DNA from: an uncultured Acidobacteriota bacterium
Lineage (GTDB): Bacteria; Acidobacteriota; Thermoanaerobaculia; UBA5066; Gp7-AA6
Assembly: GCA_963765835.1 (NCBI GenBank)
Contig: CAVXYF010000020.1
Coordinates: 20,731-84,730 of the forward strand
Length of the DNA: 64,000 nucleotides
Direction: 5' to 3'
Part shown: one piece after another, positions 37,796-47,993 of the stretch
Layout: every line of letters begins with the position of its first letter
Numbering within the stretch: the first letter of the stretch is position 1
Made by a program: the position numbers and the translations under genes
Notes under the pieces: model-generated
What the model was told of the DNA's origin: nothing
Seen by the model: only the letters and a program-made list of their open reading frames with translations
Databases searched by the model: none

Positions 37796-40342
37796 TCAGT
37801 CGCTCCAGTCGTTCCCGTCGTGGCTCTTCAGCCGCGCCTGCGCCTGGCGGAACCGCGGATCCCCTCGGAGGTTGTCGAGGTCTTCGTCCCCCCGGAGATT
37901 TCCATTTGCGTCGAAGCCCGCGTCGAGCGCCTTGAACAGCCAGTTGAACGCCTCGTCCTTGCGCTCCATCAGGGAGTAGGCGCACGCGAGGTTGTACATC
38001 GTGGCCGGCTTCCGATAGTTGCGCTCCAGGGCCCGCTGGAATGCCGGGATCGCCTCGGCGGGCCGGTCCCCCTCGATGCGTGCGAAGCCCAGGTTGTACC
38101 AGGCGCGCGCGCTCTCCGGGTGGCGGCGGGTGTACTGGTCGAAGTGCTGCTCGACCTCGCGCCATGCGGCGACCCGCGTCGAGCGCAGCCACTTCTTGTG
38201 GCCGGCGACGCCGAAGTCGTCGAAGCGGTGGAGCTCCAGGTCCGCCGCCATCTGGAGGAGCTCGCGATAGCGCGGCTCTCCGCGCACGTTGTCAAGGTCC
38301 TCGTCCTTCCGGACCTGGTCGGGGTCGTCGAACCCGGCCTCGATCCCCTTCTGAAGGAAGTCGAGCGCGCGGGCCTTGTCGCCCTTCAGCGAGAGAGCGC
38401 ACGCCGTGTTGTACAGGGAGGCGCCCTCACTAAATCCGCGGGCGGCGGACGTCTGGAAAGCCTGCGCCGCCAGATCGTAGCGGCCCACCCCGAGCAGGTC
38501 CTTCCCGATCTCGTAATACGCCTTGCCTCGGGCGGCCGGCGTCGCCTTCAGGCGGGAATACCTTGCCGCAATCCGCTCGGCCTGCGCGCGATCGCCTTCC
38601 TCGTTGTTCTTCCGCGCGGTCCGCCGGATCTGCGCGAAGCGCGGATCGGAACGCAGCGAGTCGAGGTCGTCGTCCTTCGCGAGATAGGACTCGGCGTCGA
38701 AGCCTTCGTCGACCGCCTTCTGCAGCCACTCGAATGCCCGCGCGCTGTCGCCCTTCCTCGCGTAGCCGCACGCAATGTTGTAGGTCGCGGCGTCGACCTT
38801 CTCGCCCTCTTCGATCGAGTGCTGAAAGGCTGCGATCGCTTCGTCGTAGCGCTCCTCGTTGTGAAGCTCCATGCCCTTGGAGTACCAGGAACCGCCGTGG
38901 CTCTTCCGCTTGGACGCCGGAACGTAGCCGGAGACGGGCGCCTCCGCGGGTTCCGGAACTTCGGGCGCGATCGCCGCCTCGGGAGCGACTGCGGGTTTCG
39001 CCGGAGGGGGAACCTCGGGAACCTCGGGTGTCTCGGGCGCTTCTTCCGCGACCGCGTCCACGGGCTCCGCGGCGGGAGTCGCCTCCTCGTCCGTGTTTCC
39101 GTCGCAGGGCTCGTCCGCGTTGTCCGGAGTCACGACGGAGTCGGCGGTCCACGTCGAGTCCGTCGAGTCGGCGTCCGCGTAGAAACCCGACCGATCGGAG
39201 GCCGAGGCCTCCGCCGGCCGCGCGGACCACGGCTGGAAAGCTGCGAGGACGAGAACTGAGGCCAGCAGCGCTCCGCCGGCGAGCCGCGCCTGGACCGGCG
39301 AGACGACACGCCGCTTCACGTCCGGATCCAGGATCGCGCGCATCCGGCCGTCCCAGTAGGACCGGCGCGCCATGGCCACCGCGGGAAGGGCGCGCTGCCG
39401 GGAGAGCCGCAGCGAGCGGATGATCGAGAGCAGGTGGGCCGCGTAAACCGAGGCCCGGGTTCCGGACGCGAGCACCAGGTCGTCGCACGCGCGCTCGCAG
39501 TCCCGCCGCATCTGGACGCGGACGGACCAGGCGAGGGGGTGGAACCAGTAGAGGGCTCCGGCGACCTGTCCGATGACGAGCGCCACCCAGTCCGCCCGCT
39601 TCACGTGCGCGAGCTCGTGGAGCAGAACGACCCGCCGCCGTTCCTCGTTCCACCGCCGGGCGGTTTCGGGAAGCAGGACGATCGGGCGGGATACGCCGGT
39701 CGTAACCGGAACCGCGAGATCTTCGCTGAAGAGGAGCCGGATGGGCCTCGAGATCCCGAGCTTTGCGGAGAGCTCCGCGACGAGCGGGCGCCACTCGCCC
39801 GCGGCATCGGAAGACGCTCCCCGGCAGACCCGCCGCACGCGGGCCGCGCCGAGCGCGAGCCGGCCGAGCGAGAAGGCCATCCCCGCCGCCCAGCCCGCGA
39901 GGATCAGGAGCATCCCCGTCGTGCGGGAGATCGGAAGGCGCGCAGGAGTCGTCTCGGCGGCAACCGGCAGCGGAGCCGTTGAAACTTCGTTCGTCTCCTC
40001 GGGCAGCGAGACCGGTGCGGCCGCCGTGAGCTTTTCGTCCCGGATGAACGCCGCGTTCGGATCGACGGGGGGCGCCCACTCTTCTCTCGAATCCATCGCG
40101 GACTCCGACGACGGGGCCGGGACGGGGTTCGGTACCAGCGGAATCTCCCACCGCGGCGCGACGAGCGTCACGGCCGGCAGAAGAAGAGCGCCCGCGAGAC
40201 CGAGCGTTGCAACGAGCTGTCGGGCGGAGGCCGACGCGCGTCGGAGCGCGGCGAGCGCGACGCCCGTCATCAACAGGAGGACGGTCGCCTTGAGGGCGAT
40301 GTCCAGGGCGAAACGGACGGCGTTGGCGAGGTTCATTTCCAT
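37796..40342 (-). CDS. BlaR1-like M56 peptidase with an acidic/Pro linker and C-terminal TPR region
   Basis: VLLHELAHVKRAD, WFHPLAW and ERACDD, then three YN.AC..S/A...D.DL..LR.DPR-type TPR modules. Confidence 0.88.
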   Translation of the reverse strand: MEMNLANAVRFALDIALKATVLLLMTGVALAALRRASASARQLVATLGLAGALLLPAVTLVAPRWEIPLVPNPVPAPSSESAMDSREEWAPPVDPNAAFIRDEKLTAAAPVSLPEETNEVSTAPLPVAAETTPARLPISRTTGMLLILAGWAAGMAFSLGRLALGAARVRRVCRGASSDAAGEWRPLVAELSAKLGISRPIRLLFSEDLAVPVTTGVSRPIVLLPETARRWNEERRRVVLLHELAHVKRADWVALVIGQVAGALYWFHPLAWSVRVQMRRDCERACDDLVLASGTRASVYAAHLLSIIRSLRLSRQRALPAVAMARRSYWDGRMRAILDPDVKRRVVSPVQARLAGGALLASVLVLAAFQPWSARPAEASASDRSGFYADADSTDSTWTADSVVTPDNADEPCDGNTDEEATPAAEPVDAVAEEAPETPEVPEVPPPAKPAVAPEAAIAPEVPEPAEAPVSGYVPASKRKSHGGSWYSKGMELHNEERYDEAIAAFQHSIEEGEKVDAATYNIACGYARKGDSARAFEWLQKAVDEGFDAESYLAKDDDLDSLRSDPRFAQIRRTARKNNEEGDRAQAERIAARYSRLKATPAARGKAYYEIGKDLLGVGRYDLAAQAFQTSAARGFSEGASLYNTACALSLKGDKARALDFLQKGIEAGFDDPDQVRKDEDLDNVRGEPRYRELLQMAADLELHRFDDFGVAGHKKWLRSTRVAAWREVEQHFDQYTRRHPESARAWYNLGFARIEGDRPAEAIPAFQRALERNYRKPATMYNLACAYSLMERKDEAFNWLFKALDAGFDANGNLRGDEDLDNLRGDPRFRQAQARLKSHDGNDWSD

Positions 40343-40343
40343 C

Positions 40344-40739
40344 TCAGCGGCCCTCCTGCCTGGCCTCTTCGATCAATCGCGAAAGACGTTGCAACTCGTC
40401 GTCGGTCATTTCGGTACGGGAGATTTCGAGGAGGGCGGCGACCGCCTTTTCCGTGGAGCCGTCGAAGAAGGTCTTCAACATGTTCTGGAGCGCCGAGCGG
40501 CTCGCGCGGCCGCGGCCGAGCGTGGGCACCCAGACGTAGCTCTTTCCCTCCAGGACGTGGCGGAGGTGGCCCTTGGTTTCCAGGACGCGGAGCATCGCGC
40601 GGACTGCCGAGTAGCTGGGAGGATCCGGCATTCCCGAGAGGACGTCGGTCGCGGTCGCGCGACCCCGGCCGTAAACGACGTCCATGATCTGGCGTTCCCG
40701 CCGGCTCAGGTGAATCAGGGCCCGTTCGTTCAACGCCAA
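40344..40739 (-). CDS. BlaI/MecI/CopY family repressor
   Basis: LSRRERQIMD, PPSYSAVRAMLRVLE.KG, FFDGS; adjacent to the M56 gene. Confidence 0.92.
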   Translation of the reverse strand: MALNERALIHLSRRERQIMDVVYGRGRATATDVLSGMPDPPSYSAVRAMLRVLETKGHLRHVLEGKSYVWVPTLGRGRASRSALQNMLKTFFDGSTEKAVAALLEISRTEMTDDELQRLSRLIEEARQEGR

Positions 40740-40767
40740 CCTCCCCGTTATTCGGTCGGAAGCCTAC

Positions 40768-40792
40768 TGCTAAAAAACCAGCACATGCTAAA
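40768..40792. promoter_or_regulatory. Candidate BlaI-family operator
   Basis: Overlapping imperfect palindromes TGCTA-N6-CAGCA and CAGCA-CA-TGCTA in an AT-rich patch upstream of blaI. Confidence 0.4.
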
Positions 40793-41007
40793 GAAGTAGC
40801 GGCAAGTCGTCAAGGGATACGGAGGGCCGGGAGAAAGGTTCCGGGGAGGGGACAAGGGACGCGGAACACGGGACACGGATGCGGCGCCTCGGCAATCCGC
40901 AATCGACGCAATCCTCTCTCGCGCCGCAACTTCCACCGCGTGCTCTCCGTCGAATTCCTGGAGTGAGCAGGCGGGTCATCGTAGGATCGACAAAGAGGGA
41001 CTGCCGA

Positions 41008-41364
41008 ATGCGCCGCAGACCGCGTTTTTCGATCGTCGCGCTGGCGATGGCCGGAGTCCTGGCGTCGACGTCCTGCCGGCCGAGCCAGACGCTGGAACGT
41101 CAGACCGACGACGCCGCCATCGAGGCCCGGATCAAGGCGAAGCTCGCGACCGACGTCGGCGCCGCGACGATCACGTCGGTCGAGGTGAACGTGACCAACG
41201 GGGTCGTCACGCTCGCGGGTCCGGTCAGCTCGCAGGACGAGAAGCAGAGGATCGAGGCGGTCGCGCGGTCGGTCGAGGGGGTCCGGAGCGTCACGGACAA
41301 CATCCAGGTCACGGCGGCCGAGGTTCCGTCGCCGCAGCCGGCCACGACCTCGCTTCCCAACTGA
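41008..41364 (+). CDS. BON-domain lipoprotein
   Basis: Lipobox-like LASTSC, DDAAIEARIKAKL, V.V.NGVVTLAG, VEGVRSV.DNI. Confidence 0.88.
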   Translation: MRRRPRFSIVALAMAGVLASTSCRPSQTLERQTDDAAIEARIKAKLATDVGAATITSVEVNVTNGVVTLAGPVSSQDEKQRIEAVARSVEGVRSVTDNIQVTAAEVPSPQPATTSLPN

Positions 41365-41371
41365 CCCCGGG

Positions 41372-43045
41372 CTACTTCTTCTTCCGCAGGAAGCCGAGCT
41401 GCCGTTCGAAGCCCGGCAGGATTGCCTTGATGAAGGCGTTCTCGATCAGCTTCCCGATGATCTGCATCGTGCTCGAGTGCGGGTCGCTGACCGGCCCCGA
41501 GATGTCGGCAACCGTGGCGACCTTGTCCGTCTTCCGGTTCTCGAAGACGTCGGCGACGCCCTCCACGATCCCCTCGTAGAGCTTCTTGAAGAAGGGCTTC
41601 TTCGCGTCCTGTTTCTTGTCGTAGACGTTGACGTCCTTGAAGACCGGCTTGACGTAGCCGTCGATCCTCCCATTCTTCACGCGAAGCTGCGAGTAGATCG
41701 CCAGGGACCCGCCCACCACGTCGAACTTGCCGTACGCGCGCCAGATGTCGTTCATCGCCGCCATCTGGGTCCCCTCGATCGTCAGGTTGAGGTCGAAATC
41801 GGGACCGCTCTTGTCGGGCCGGTAGCTCGCCTTGGCGCTCGTCGCTCCGCTCCCCATGAATTTTCCGGTGAGCGTCGCGCGCGCCGGTCCGTCCTTGAAC
41901 TGGTTCGAGAGGTTCGTGACGTTCAGGTTGGCGCCGGTCACGAAGACGCGGTAGTCCGGGCTCTTCGTCCGGTCGATCCAGCCCACGTTGCTGTTGGTGA
42001 GGCGGAACTGGTCCAGGCGCAGAAGGAGCCTCGGCTCGTTGCTCGCTTTGCGAACCGCCTTCTGGACCTTGCCCTCGTCCGGCCGGCTCGCGGCGGAGTG
42101 GACGTAGTCGAGCCGCACGCGATCGATCAGGAGGTCCTCGACGTGCGCGACCTTCACGGTGGGCGCGTACTCGACCCGGCCGTGCGAGGAGAGGAAGCCG
42201 TTGCGGATCGACAGGTGCGCGCGCGAGAGCATCGGCCGGAAGTAGTCGAGGGGCACGTTTTCCAGGGTGAAGATCGAGTTGACTCCGGCGTAGGGCCGGG
42301 CGAGGAAGTTCGCGTGACCGTCGATCTCTCCGCGGCCCGTACCGAAGACGATGCCCTCCGCGTGAATCGGAGAGGGGTAGACGCGTTCGGGCGCACGGAT
42401 GTTGCGGATGTTGTTTGCCTGAACGAAGAGGTGCGTCAGCTGCAGCGGGCGCTTCGGGTCCGTATCGATGTAGGTGAACGCGCCGTCGTTGATCTGGAGG
42501 AGGTTGACCTTCAGGGGGTAGATGTCTTCCAGCGCCTCCTGCCATCCCTTCTTCTGGACCGGGACTTTGTCCCTGTTCTCCTGCCGGATCTGGGCGAGGT
42601 TCAGGTAGACCTTCGGCTGATCGATCTGGAAGTCCGAGACGAGCTTCAGCTTGACGAGCTCGGTCCACTGGACGCTCGCGCGCAGGCGCGGAATGAGGGC
42701 CACCGCCGGCTCCGGGTGTGCCTCCTGCCGGATCGAGACGTCGTGCAGCGTGACGGAGAATCCGATGAGGTGGAAGTCGAGATCCCGGATCCGGGCGTCG
42801 TACCCGGTCAGGTGCTCGTTCATCGACTTCTCCATCGCGCGCCGCATGGGCTCGTCCACGAAGAAGGACGCGAGGATGATGAGGAGAACCACGGCGAGGA
42901 GGATTCCGAGAAGCTGCAGCGTGTGCTTGGAGAAGTGAAAACCGGCGTGTCCGACTTTGCCGAGAAGCGTCTTGTGCTTCGACAGCCCGCGCTTCGGCTG
43001 CGGGTCTTGCGAGGGCTCGCGGCGTTCCGGGGCAGAGACTGCCAT
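41372..43045 (-). CDS. DUF748/AsmA-like protein
   Basis: N-terminal TM helix followed by beta-rich repeats; C-terminal IENAFIKAILPGF. Confidence 0.75.
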   Translation of the reverse strand: MAVSAPERREPSQDPQPKRGLSKHKTLLGKVGHAGFHFSKHTLQLLGILLAVVLLIILASFFVDEPMRRAMEKSMNEHLTGYDARIRDLDFHLIGFSVTLHDVSIRQEAHPEPAVALIPRLRASVQWTELVKLKLVSDFQIDQPKVYLNLAQIRQENRDKVPVQKKGWQEALEDIYPLKVNLLQINDGAFTYIDTDPKRPLQLTHLFVQANNIRNIRAPERVYPSPIHAEGIVFGTGRGEIDGHANFLARPYAGVNSIFTLENVPLDYFRPMLSRAHLSIRNGFLSSHGRVEYAPTVKVAHVEDLLIDRVRLDYVHSAASRPDEGKVQKAVRKASNEPRLLLRLDQFRLTNSNVGWIDRTKSPDYRVFVTGANLNVTNLSNQFKDGPARATLTGKFMGSGATSAKASYRPDKSGPDFDLNLTIEGTQMAAMNDIWRAYGKFDVVGGSLAIYSQLRVKNGRIDGYVKPVFKDVNVYDKKQDAKKPFFKKLYEGIVEGVADVFENRKTDKVATVADISGPVSDPHSSTMQIIGKLIENAFIKAILPGFERQLGFLRKKK

Positions 43046-43104
43046 GTCAATTCGAGGGGCAAGCCACGTGCCAGACGGGGGGTCGGCGGCATAACCTCTT
43101 GCCT

Positions 43105-43626
43105 ATGAGCAGCGAAGATCTCTTCGAGGGGGAGCACCTGGTTTTCAAGCGCCGTAAGGGCTGGGAGTACGTCGAGCACCGGACTGCGAAGGAGTCGGTG
43201 ATGCTGGTCGCCCTCACGGACGACGGCGCGGTCGTGCTGGTCGAAGAATTTCGTCCGGCGGTGGATGCGTCCGTCATCTGCCTTCCGGCCGGACTCGTGG
43301 GAGATGAAGGGCCCGAGGAAGCGGAGAGCGCGGCGCGGCGCGAGCTCTCCGAGGAAACGGGTTACGAGGCCGGCGCGCTCGAGCTCCTCGGCCGCGGACC
43401 CGGCTCCGCCGGCATGTCCTCGGAGATCGTGCACTTCTATTTCGCGCCGGGCGTGCGCCTCGCGGGGCCGCAGGGTGAGCGGGAGAGCATGGAGATCCGC
43501 GTGCACGTCGTCCCCCTGGCCGGGCTCGCGGCGTGGGCTCGCGACTGCGAAGCGGCAGGCATCCTCGTCGACCCCAAAGTCTGGGCGGGGCTCTGTCTCG
43601 CCCGCATCGCGGGAGCCGTCGAATGA
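43105..43626 (+). CDS. NUDIX hydrolase (ADP-ribose pyrophosphatase-like)
   Basis: Nudix box PAGLVGD...AARRELSEETG. Confidence 0.88.
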   Translation: MSSEDLFEGEHLVFKRRKGWEYVEHRTAKESVMLVALTDDGAVVLVEEFRPAVDASVICLPAGLVGDEGPEEAESAARRELSEETGYEAGALELLGRGPGSAGMSSEIVHFYFAPGVRLAGPQGERESMEIRVHVVPLAGLAAWARDCEAAGILVDPKVWAGLCLARIAGAVE

Positions 43627-44297
43627 CGCGCGCGTACGAAGTCGTCACGTTCGACTGCTACGGGACGCTCATCGACTGGGAGGACGGGATCGTTTCGGCG
43701 TTCACCCGGGAGGCGGCGGCGGACGGCCTCGCTCTCGCACGCTCCCGCATCGTCGCCGCCTACCACGAGACCGAGCCGGCCGTCGAAGCGGAAAGGTACG
43801 AGCCGTACCGCGACGTGCTCGCCCGCACCGCCCGGCGTGTGGCGGAGAGGCTGGGCTGGGATCTCTCCGAGGAGCGCTCCCGGTTTCTTCCCGACTCGCT
43901 GCCGGACTGGAGTCCCTTCCCTGACACGAATCCGGCTCTCGTCGATCTCGTCGGGGCCGGCTTCCGCCTCGGCATCCTGTCGAACGTGGACGATGACCTC
44001 CTCGAAAAGACGCGCCGCCACTTTGCTGTGAACTTCGAAATCGTCGTGACCGCGGCGCAGGTCCGGTCCTACAAGCCGGCGCACGGGCACTTCCTCGAGG
44101 CGCGCCGCCGCATCGGGTCGGCCCCCTGGCTGCACGCCGCGCAGAGCTGGTTTCACGACGTCGTGCCGGCGCACGAGCTCGGGATCCCGGTCGCGTGGGT
44201 TAACCGCAAGAACGAGATTCGTTCCCCCGACGCGGAGCCGGATGCCGAAGTGTCGAACCTGACGGGACTGGCGGATTGGCTCGAGGCCGGACGCTAG
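43623..44297 (+). CDS. HAD-superfamily hydrolase (haloacid dehalogenase type II-like)
   Basis: FDCYGTLIDWE, ILSNVD, SYKP, WLHAAQSWFHDV; ATGA overlap with the NUDIX gene. Confidence 0.88.
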   Translation: MTRAYEVVTFDCYGTLIDWEDGIVSAFTREAAADGLALARSRIVAAYHETEPAVEAERYEPYRDVLARTARRVAERLGWDLSEERSRFLPDSLPDWSPFPDTNPALVDLVGAGFRLGILSNVDDDLLEKTRRHFAVNFEIVVTAAQVRSYKPAHGHFLEARRRIGSAPWLHAAQSWFHDVVPAHELGIPVAWVNRKNEIRSPDAEPDAEVSNLTGLADWLEAGR

Positions 44298-44298
44298 G

Positions 44299-45312
44299 TC
44301 AGGAGACGCGCGCCGGAGCGGAAGCCGCGGAGACCTCCCGCGAAACGAGGCGCAGGTCGGTGACCAGCATCGCGTAGAGCCGCTCCTGCCCGGCGGCGTC
44401 TTCGGCCCGCAATACCGCCGACGGGTGCAGCGTCGCCATGGCCTTGGGCGCCCAGCCGGTGTCGAAAAAGATCTGCCCGTGCTGCTTCATGATCCGGAAG
44501 TCGCCGCCGAGGAGCGCCTTCGCAGCGGTCCCGCCGAGACACACGACCATCTCCGGACGGATGAGAGCGAGCTCGGCTTCGAGCCACGGCCGGCACGCGC
44601 CGATCTCGACGGTGCCGGGGGTCTGGTGGATGCGGCGCCGGGGAGTCCGCTGGAACTTGAAGTGCTTGACGGCGTTCGTGACGTACACGTCGCTTCGCGG
44701 CAGGCCGGCCTCCACGAGGGCGCGATCCAGGACCTCACCCGCCGGACCCACGAACGGAGCGCCCTGCAGGTCCTCCTGGTCGCCCGGCGCCTCACCGACG
44801 AGGACCGCGCGGGCCGTTCGGGGTCCGACCCCGAAGACGGTCTGCGTCGCGTCGCGGTAGAGGTCGCAGCCGCGGCAGGAAGCGGCGGCTCGACGCAGAT
44901 CCTCCAGGTCGTCCGTCTTCGGGACGAACTGCGCCGCGCCCGGCGTCCGCGCCGCGAGGTCTGCCTCCTGGATCGGCTTCGCGAGCCTCCGCAGCCGGAC
45001 GAGGTCCCCGTCGATCTCGGAAGAGAGAAGGTCCGGGTTCGTGCGGACCAGACGCCAGAGCACGGAGTAGAGCAGGCGCCAGCGCTCGGGGTCCGTGCTC
45101 CGCGACGCCACTCCCGCGAGCTCGACGAAAGCGCGGGGGACGCGGAAGTCGGCGGCGCCGGAGGTGTCGCGGATGATCTCGGGTTCGAAGAGCCCGCCCT
45201 GGGTCGCCGCCTCGCGCCAGACGATTTCGTCGGGCGGGATCCCGTCCGCGAGGAGCTTTCTCGCCGCCGCGCGCCAGCTGTCGAGCGTCGGCTGAATGAC
45301 GACGTCGCGCAT
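44299..45312 (-). CDS. udgX: UdgX-family uracil-DNA protein with an N-terminal DUF4130-like segment
   Basis: C..C (SCRGC), GEAPGDQED, FVGPAG, TNAVKHF, the R-loop RRRIH, CRPWL and TLHPS. The N-terminus WRAAARKLL..GIPP..IVW...RWRLLYSVLWR resembles DUF4130. Confidence 0.85.
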   Translation of the reverse strand: MRDVVIQPTLDSWRAAARKLLADGIPPDEIVWREAATQGGLFEPEIIRDTSGAADFRVPRAFVELAGVASRSTDPERWRLLYSVLWRLVRTNPDLLSSEIDGDLVRLRRLAKPIQEADLAARTPGAAQFVPKTDDLEDLRRAAASCRGCDLYRDATQTVFGVGPRTARAVLVGEAPGDQEDLQGAPFVGPAGEVLDRALVEAGLPRSDVYVTNAVKHFKFQRTPRRRIHQTPGTVEIGACRPWLEAELALIRPEMVVCLGGTAAKALLGGDFRIMKQHGQIFFDTGWAPKAMATLHPSAVLRAEDAAGQERLYAMLVTDLRLVSREVSAASAPARVS

Positions 45313-45348
45313 GAGTCGGATGTTATCGCCGGGAGAGGGGCTCGGGCC

Positions 45349-47928
45349 CTACTTCAACCCCTCCACGAGAACCAGCTCGTCCAGCGTCCGGCGGTACGAG
45401 TACACATAGGACTTCCCGTCGGGCGTCATGACGATGGGACCCATGGTGAGGACTCCGGCGGGGTCCGGCGGCGTCAGCTCTCTCCAGAGCTTCCGTTCAC
45501 CGCTCGTCATGTCCACCTGGTAGATCTTCGTGGGCACTTCGCTCGGCCGGTAGACCCACATGGCGCGCCCGTCCGGAGTCCATCGGATGGGCAGCTCGTC
45601 CGGCTGCAGACCCGGCGCGGGACGCGGCTCACCCGGCTCCGACGGGTACAACATGATTCGGCGGTCCGGACCGAGCGCAGGGATCGTGCGCCCGTCCGGC
45701 GAAACGGTGCCGCTCGTGGGAAGAAGCGTCACTCCCTCCGGCGTGATCGGCCTCGGTTTCGAGCCGTCCAGCGCGAGCACGTAGAGGCGGGAGCGATGGC
45801 CGGGCTCGCTGCCCGCCGCCACGATCCGCCGGCCGTCCGGGAAAAAGGCGCAACCCTGATAGACGACCGTCCCGGTCGCGATCGACCGCGGCTGGCCGGC
45901 GCCGGTCGGCAGAAGCGACAACTTTTTCTGTTCCGCGTCCGCAACCAGGGCCCACTTTCCGTCCGGAGAAAGGTCGATCGAGTGGTACTTGCCGAGGAGC
46001 ACGGCCGGCGAACCGTCCATCTTTCGCAGATACGCCTGATAGGTCGGCAGATTCTGCTCGTCGAAGAGAACGACGCTTCCGTCGGCCGACAACGCCGTCG
46101 GAAAGGACCAGTCGAGCCACGTCAGGTTGCGCTCCTTCGTCTCGCCCGGCGCGAGCCCGATGATCTCCCGCCGCCAACTCGCTCTGGAAAGGATCACGCG
46201 ACCATCGCGCGCGACGTCGTGGAGCACAGTGAATCCGGTGATTAGGTTCGCGACCAGTCGCCTTTTTCCCGAGAGGTTCGTGGCGTTGAGAGAACCGGGC
46301 GTCGCGTACCAGATCTCCCGACCGTCTTTCGACCAGGCGATTCCGTTGCCCCCCGGGGCACCGTCCAGCCGCTTCTTCCCGTCCGAGTCGAAGACGACCA
46401 CACGACCGACGTTGTCGCCGCGCTGCGGGTTGTCGACAATCGCGACGAGCTTTCCGTCGGGCGACACGCGAGGATGACTCATCCAGCTGGCCGTCTCGTA
46501 GAGACGTTTGCCGATCGGGAACTCGAGGTGCCGCGCGACCCCGGTGTCCCGCACGACCGCGAGCTCCTTCCCGTCGGGAGACCAGTCGGCGGCCATCACG
46601 TTTTCCAGGATCTCCCGGGGAGCGCCGCCTTCGAGGGGGACACGCGCGAGTGTCCCGAGACTCTCCCAGCCGACCACCTGGCGCCAGCCGAGGGAGACCG
46701 CGAGGTCGCCGGTCGGAGAGACCGATAAAAGGGAGGCAGGCGACAGTCCGAGCGACCGCGACTCCGGACTCTCCGGCCGCGTCGTATACAGCCCCATCGG
46801 TTGCCCGTCCCACGCCGCCGAGAAGACGACTGACTGCCCGTCCGGCGCGAAGCGGGCGGAAAGAATCGATCCGCGCCGAAAGGTCAGACGACTCGTTCGG
46901 ACCTCCTCAGATGCCGTTCGGCTTCCCGCGAGAAGCTTCGCTCCGAGCAAGGCGAGCGCCGCGCCGACGACGAGCGCGACCGCGGGGACGAGCCACGCCG
47001 GCAGGCCCTTCTTCGACGCCGCCGCGCGTGCCGGAGTCACGGTCTCCGTCGCCGACGTCTCGGAGAGATGGTCGCGCAGGCTGCGCAGGTCGCGCGCAAG
47101 GTCCTTCGTCGACGCGAAACGCTCTTCGGGCTCCTTCGCCAGGCAGCGCTCCACGATCCACCGCACCGGCGCGGGGACCCGCGGGTTCGCCTGGCCGATC
47201 GGTTGCGGCTCCTCGCGGATGATCGCGGTCAGCGTCTCGGCCCCCGTGTTTCGCTGGAACGCCCGCTGTCCGGTCGCGAGCTCGTAGAGGATCGAGCCGA
47301 GGGAGAACTGGTCGGAGCGGAAGTCGACGTCGCGCCCGCTCGCCTGCTCCGGCGACATGTAGCCGACGGTCCCCATCACGGTGCCGGGGACGGTCCCCGG
47401 TGCGCCCGCCAGGGTCTGCAATGTCGAGCCGCCACTGGAGCCCGTCATCTCGGTGAGCTTCGCGAGCCCGAAGTCGAGGATCTTGACGAAGCCGTCCTTC
47501 GAGACGATCAGGTTCTCGGGCTTCAGGTCCCGGTGGACGAGACCCGCGTCGTGCGCCTTGGCAAGACCCTCCGCGACCTGTACGGCGACGTCGAGCATCT
47601 TCCGGGAAGGCAGCGCGCCGTCGACGAGCAGCTCCCGCAAGGTCCGTCCCTCGACGAGCTCCATCGCGAGGTAGATAGTCGAGTCGACCGACCCAACGTC
47701 GTAGACCGTGACAATGTTGGGGTGGTTCAGCGCGGACGCGCTTCGCGCCTCCTGTTCGAATCGCAGACGGCGGGAGTCGTCGGCCGAGACTTCCGGCAGG
47801 AGCACCTTGACCGCGACGTCGCGGCCCAGACGCGTGTCCCGCGCGCGGTAGACCTCGCCCATGCCGCCGGCGCCGAGCGGGGCGACGATCTCGTAGGGGC
47901 CGAGTCGTGTGCCCGCGTTCAGAGACAT
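45349..47928 (-). CDS. Hanks-type Ser/Thr kinase with TM helix and C-terminal beta-propeller
   Basis: [28 protein letters not shown] and YMSPEQ, then repeated P.VSPDGK / DLSPDGK motifs. Confidence 0.93.
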   Translation of the reverse strand: MSLNAGTRLGPYEIVAPLGAGGMGEVYRARDTRLGRDVAVKVLLPEVSADDSRRLRFEQEARSASALNHPNIVTVYDVGSVDSTIYLAMELVEGRTLRELLVDGALPSRKMLDVAVQVAEGLAKAHDAGLVHRDLKPENLIVSKDGFVKILDFGLAKLTEMTGSSGGSTLQTLAGAPGTVPGTVMGTVGYMSPEQASGRDVDFRSDQFSLGSILYELATGQRAFQRNTGAETLTAIIREEPQPIGQANPRVPAPVRWIVERCLAKEPEERFASTKDLARDLRSLRDHLSETSATETVTPARAAASKKGLPAWLVPAVALVVGAALALLGAKLLAGSRTASEEVRTSRLTFRRGSILSARFAPDGQSVVFSAAWDGQPMGLYTTRPESPESRSLGLSPASLLSVSPTGDLAVSLGWRQVVGWESLGTLARVPLEGGAPREILENVMAADWSPDGKELAVVRDTGVARHLEFPIGKRLYETASWMSHPRVSPDGKLVAIVDNPQRGDNVGRVVVFDSDGKKRLDGAPGGNGIAWSKDGREIWYATPGSLNATNLSGKRRLVANLITGFTVLHDVARDGRVILSRASWRREIIGLAPGETKERNLTWLDWSFPTALSADGSVVLFDEQNLPTYQAYLRKMDGSPAVLLGKYHSIDLSPDGKWALVADAEQKKLSLLPTGAGQPRSIATGTVVYQGCAFFPDGRRIVAAGSEPGHRSRLYVLALDGSKPRPITPEGVTLLPTSGTVSPDGRTIPALGPDRRIMLYPSEPGEPRPAPGLQPDELPIRWTPDGRAMWVYRPSEVPTKIYQVDMTSGERKLWRELTPPDPAGVLTMGPIVMTPDGKSYVYSYRRTLDELVLVEGLK

Positions 47929-47993
47929 GCGCGGGGGAGATTATCCCGGCGGAGGGCAGGGCGTGTCCCCGACGCCTCCGCCGGAGGATCGAA

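Noticed and set aside
40768-40792. CIRCE heat-shock operator (TTAGCA start on the minus strand)
   Set aside because: It does not match TTAGCACTC-N9-GAGTGCTAA; a BlaI operator is the better explanation.
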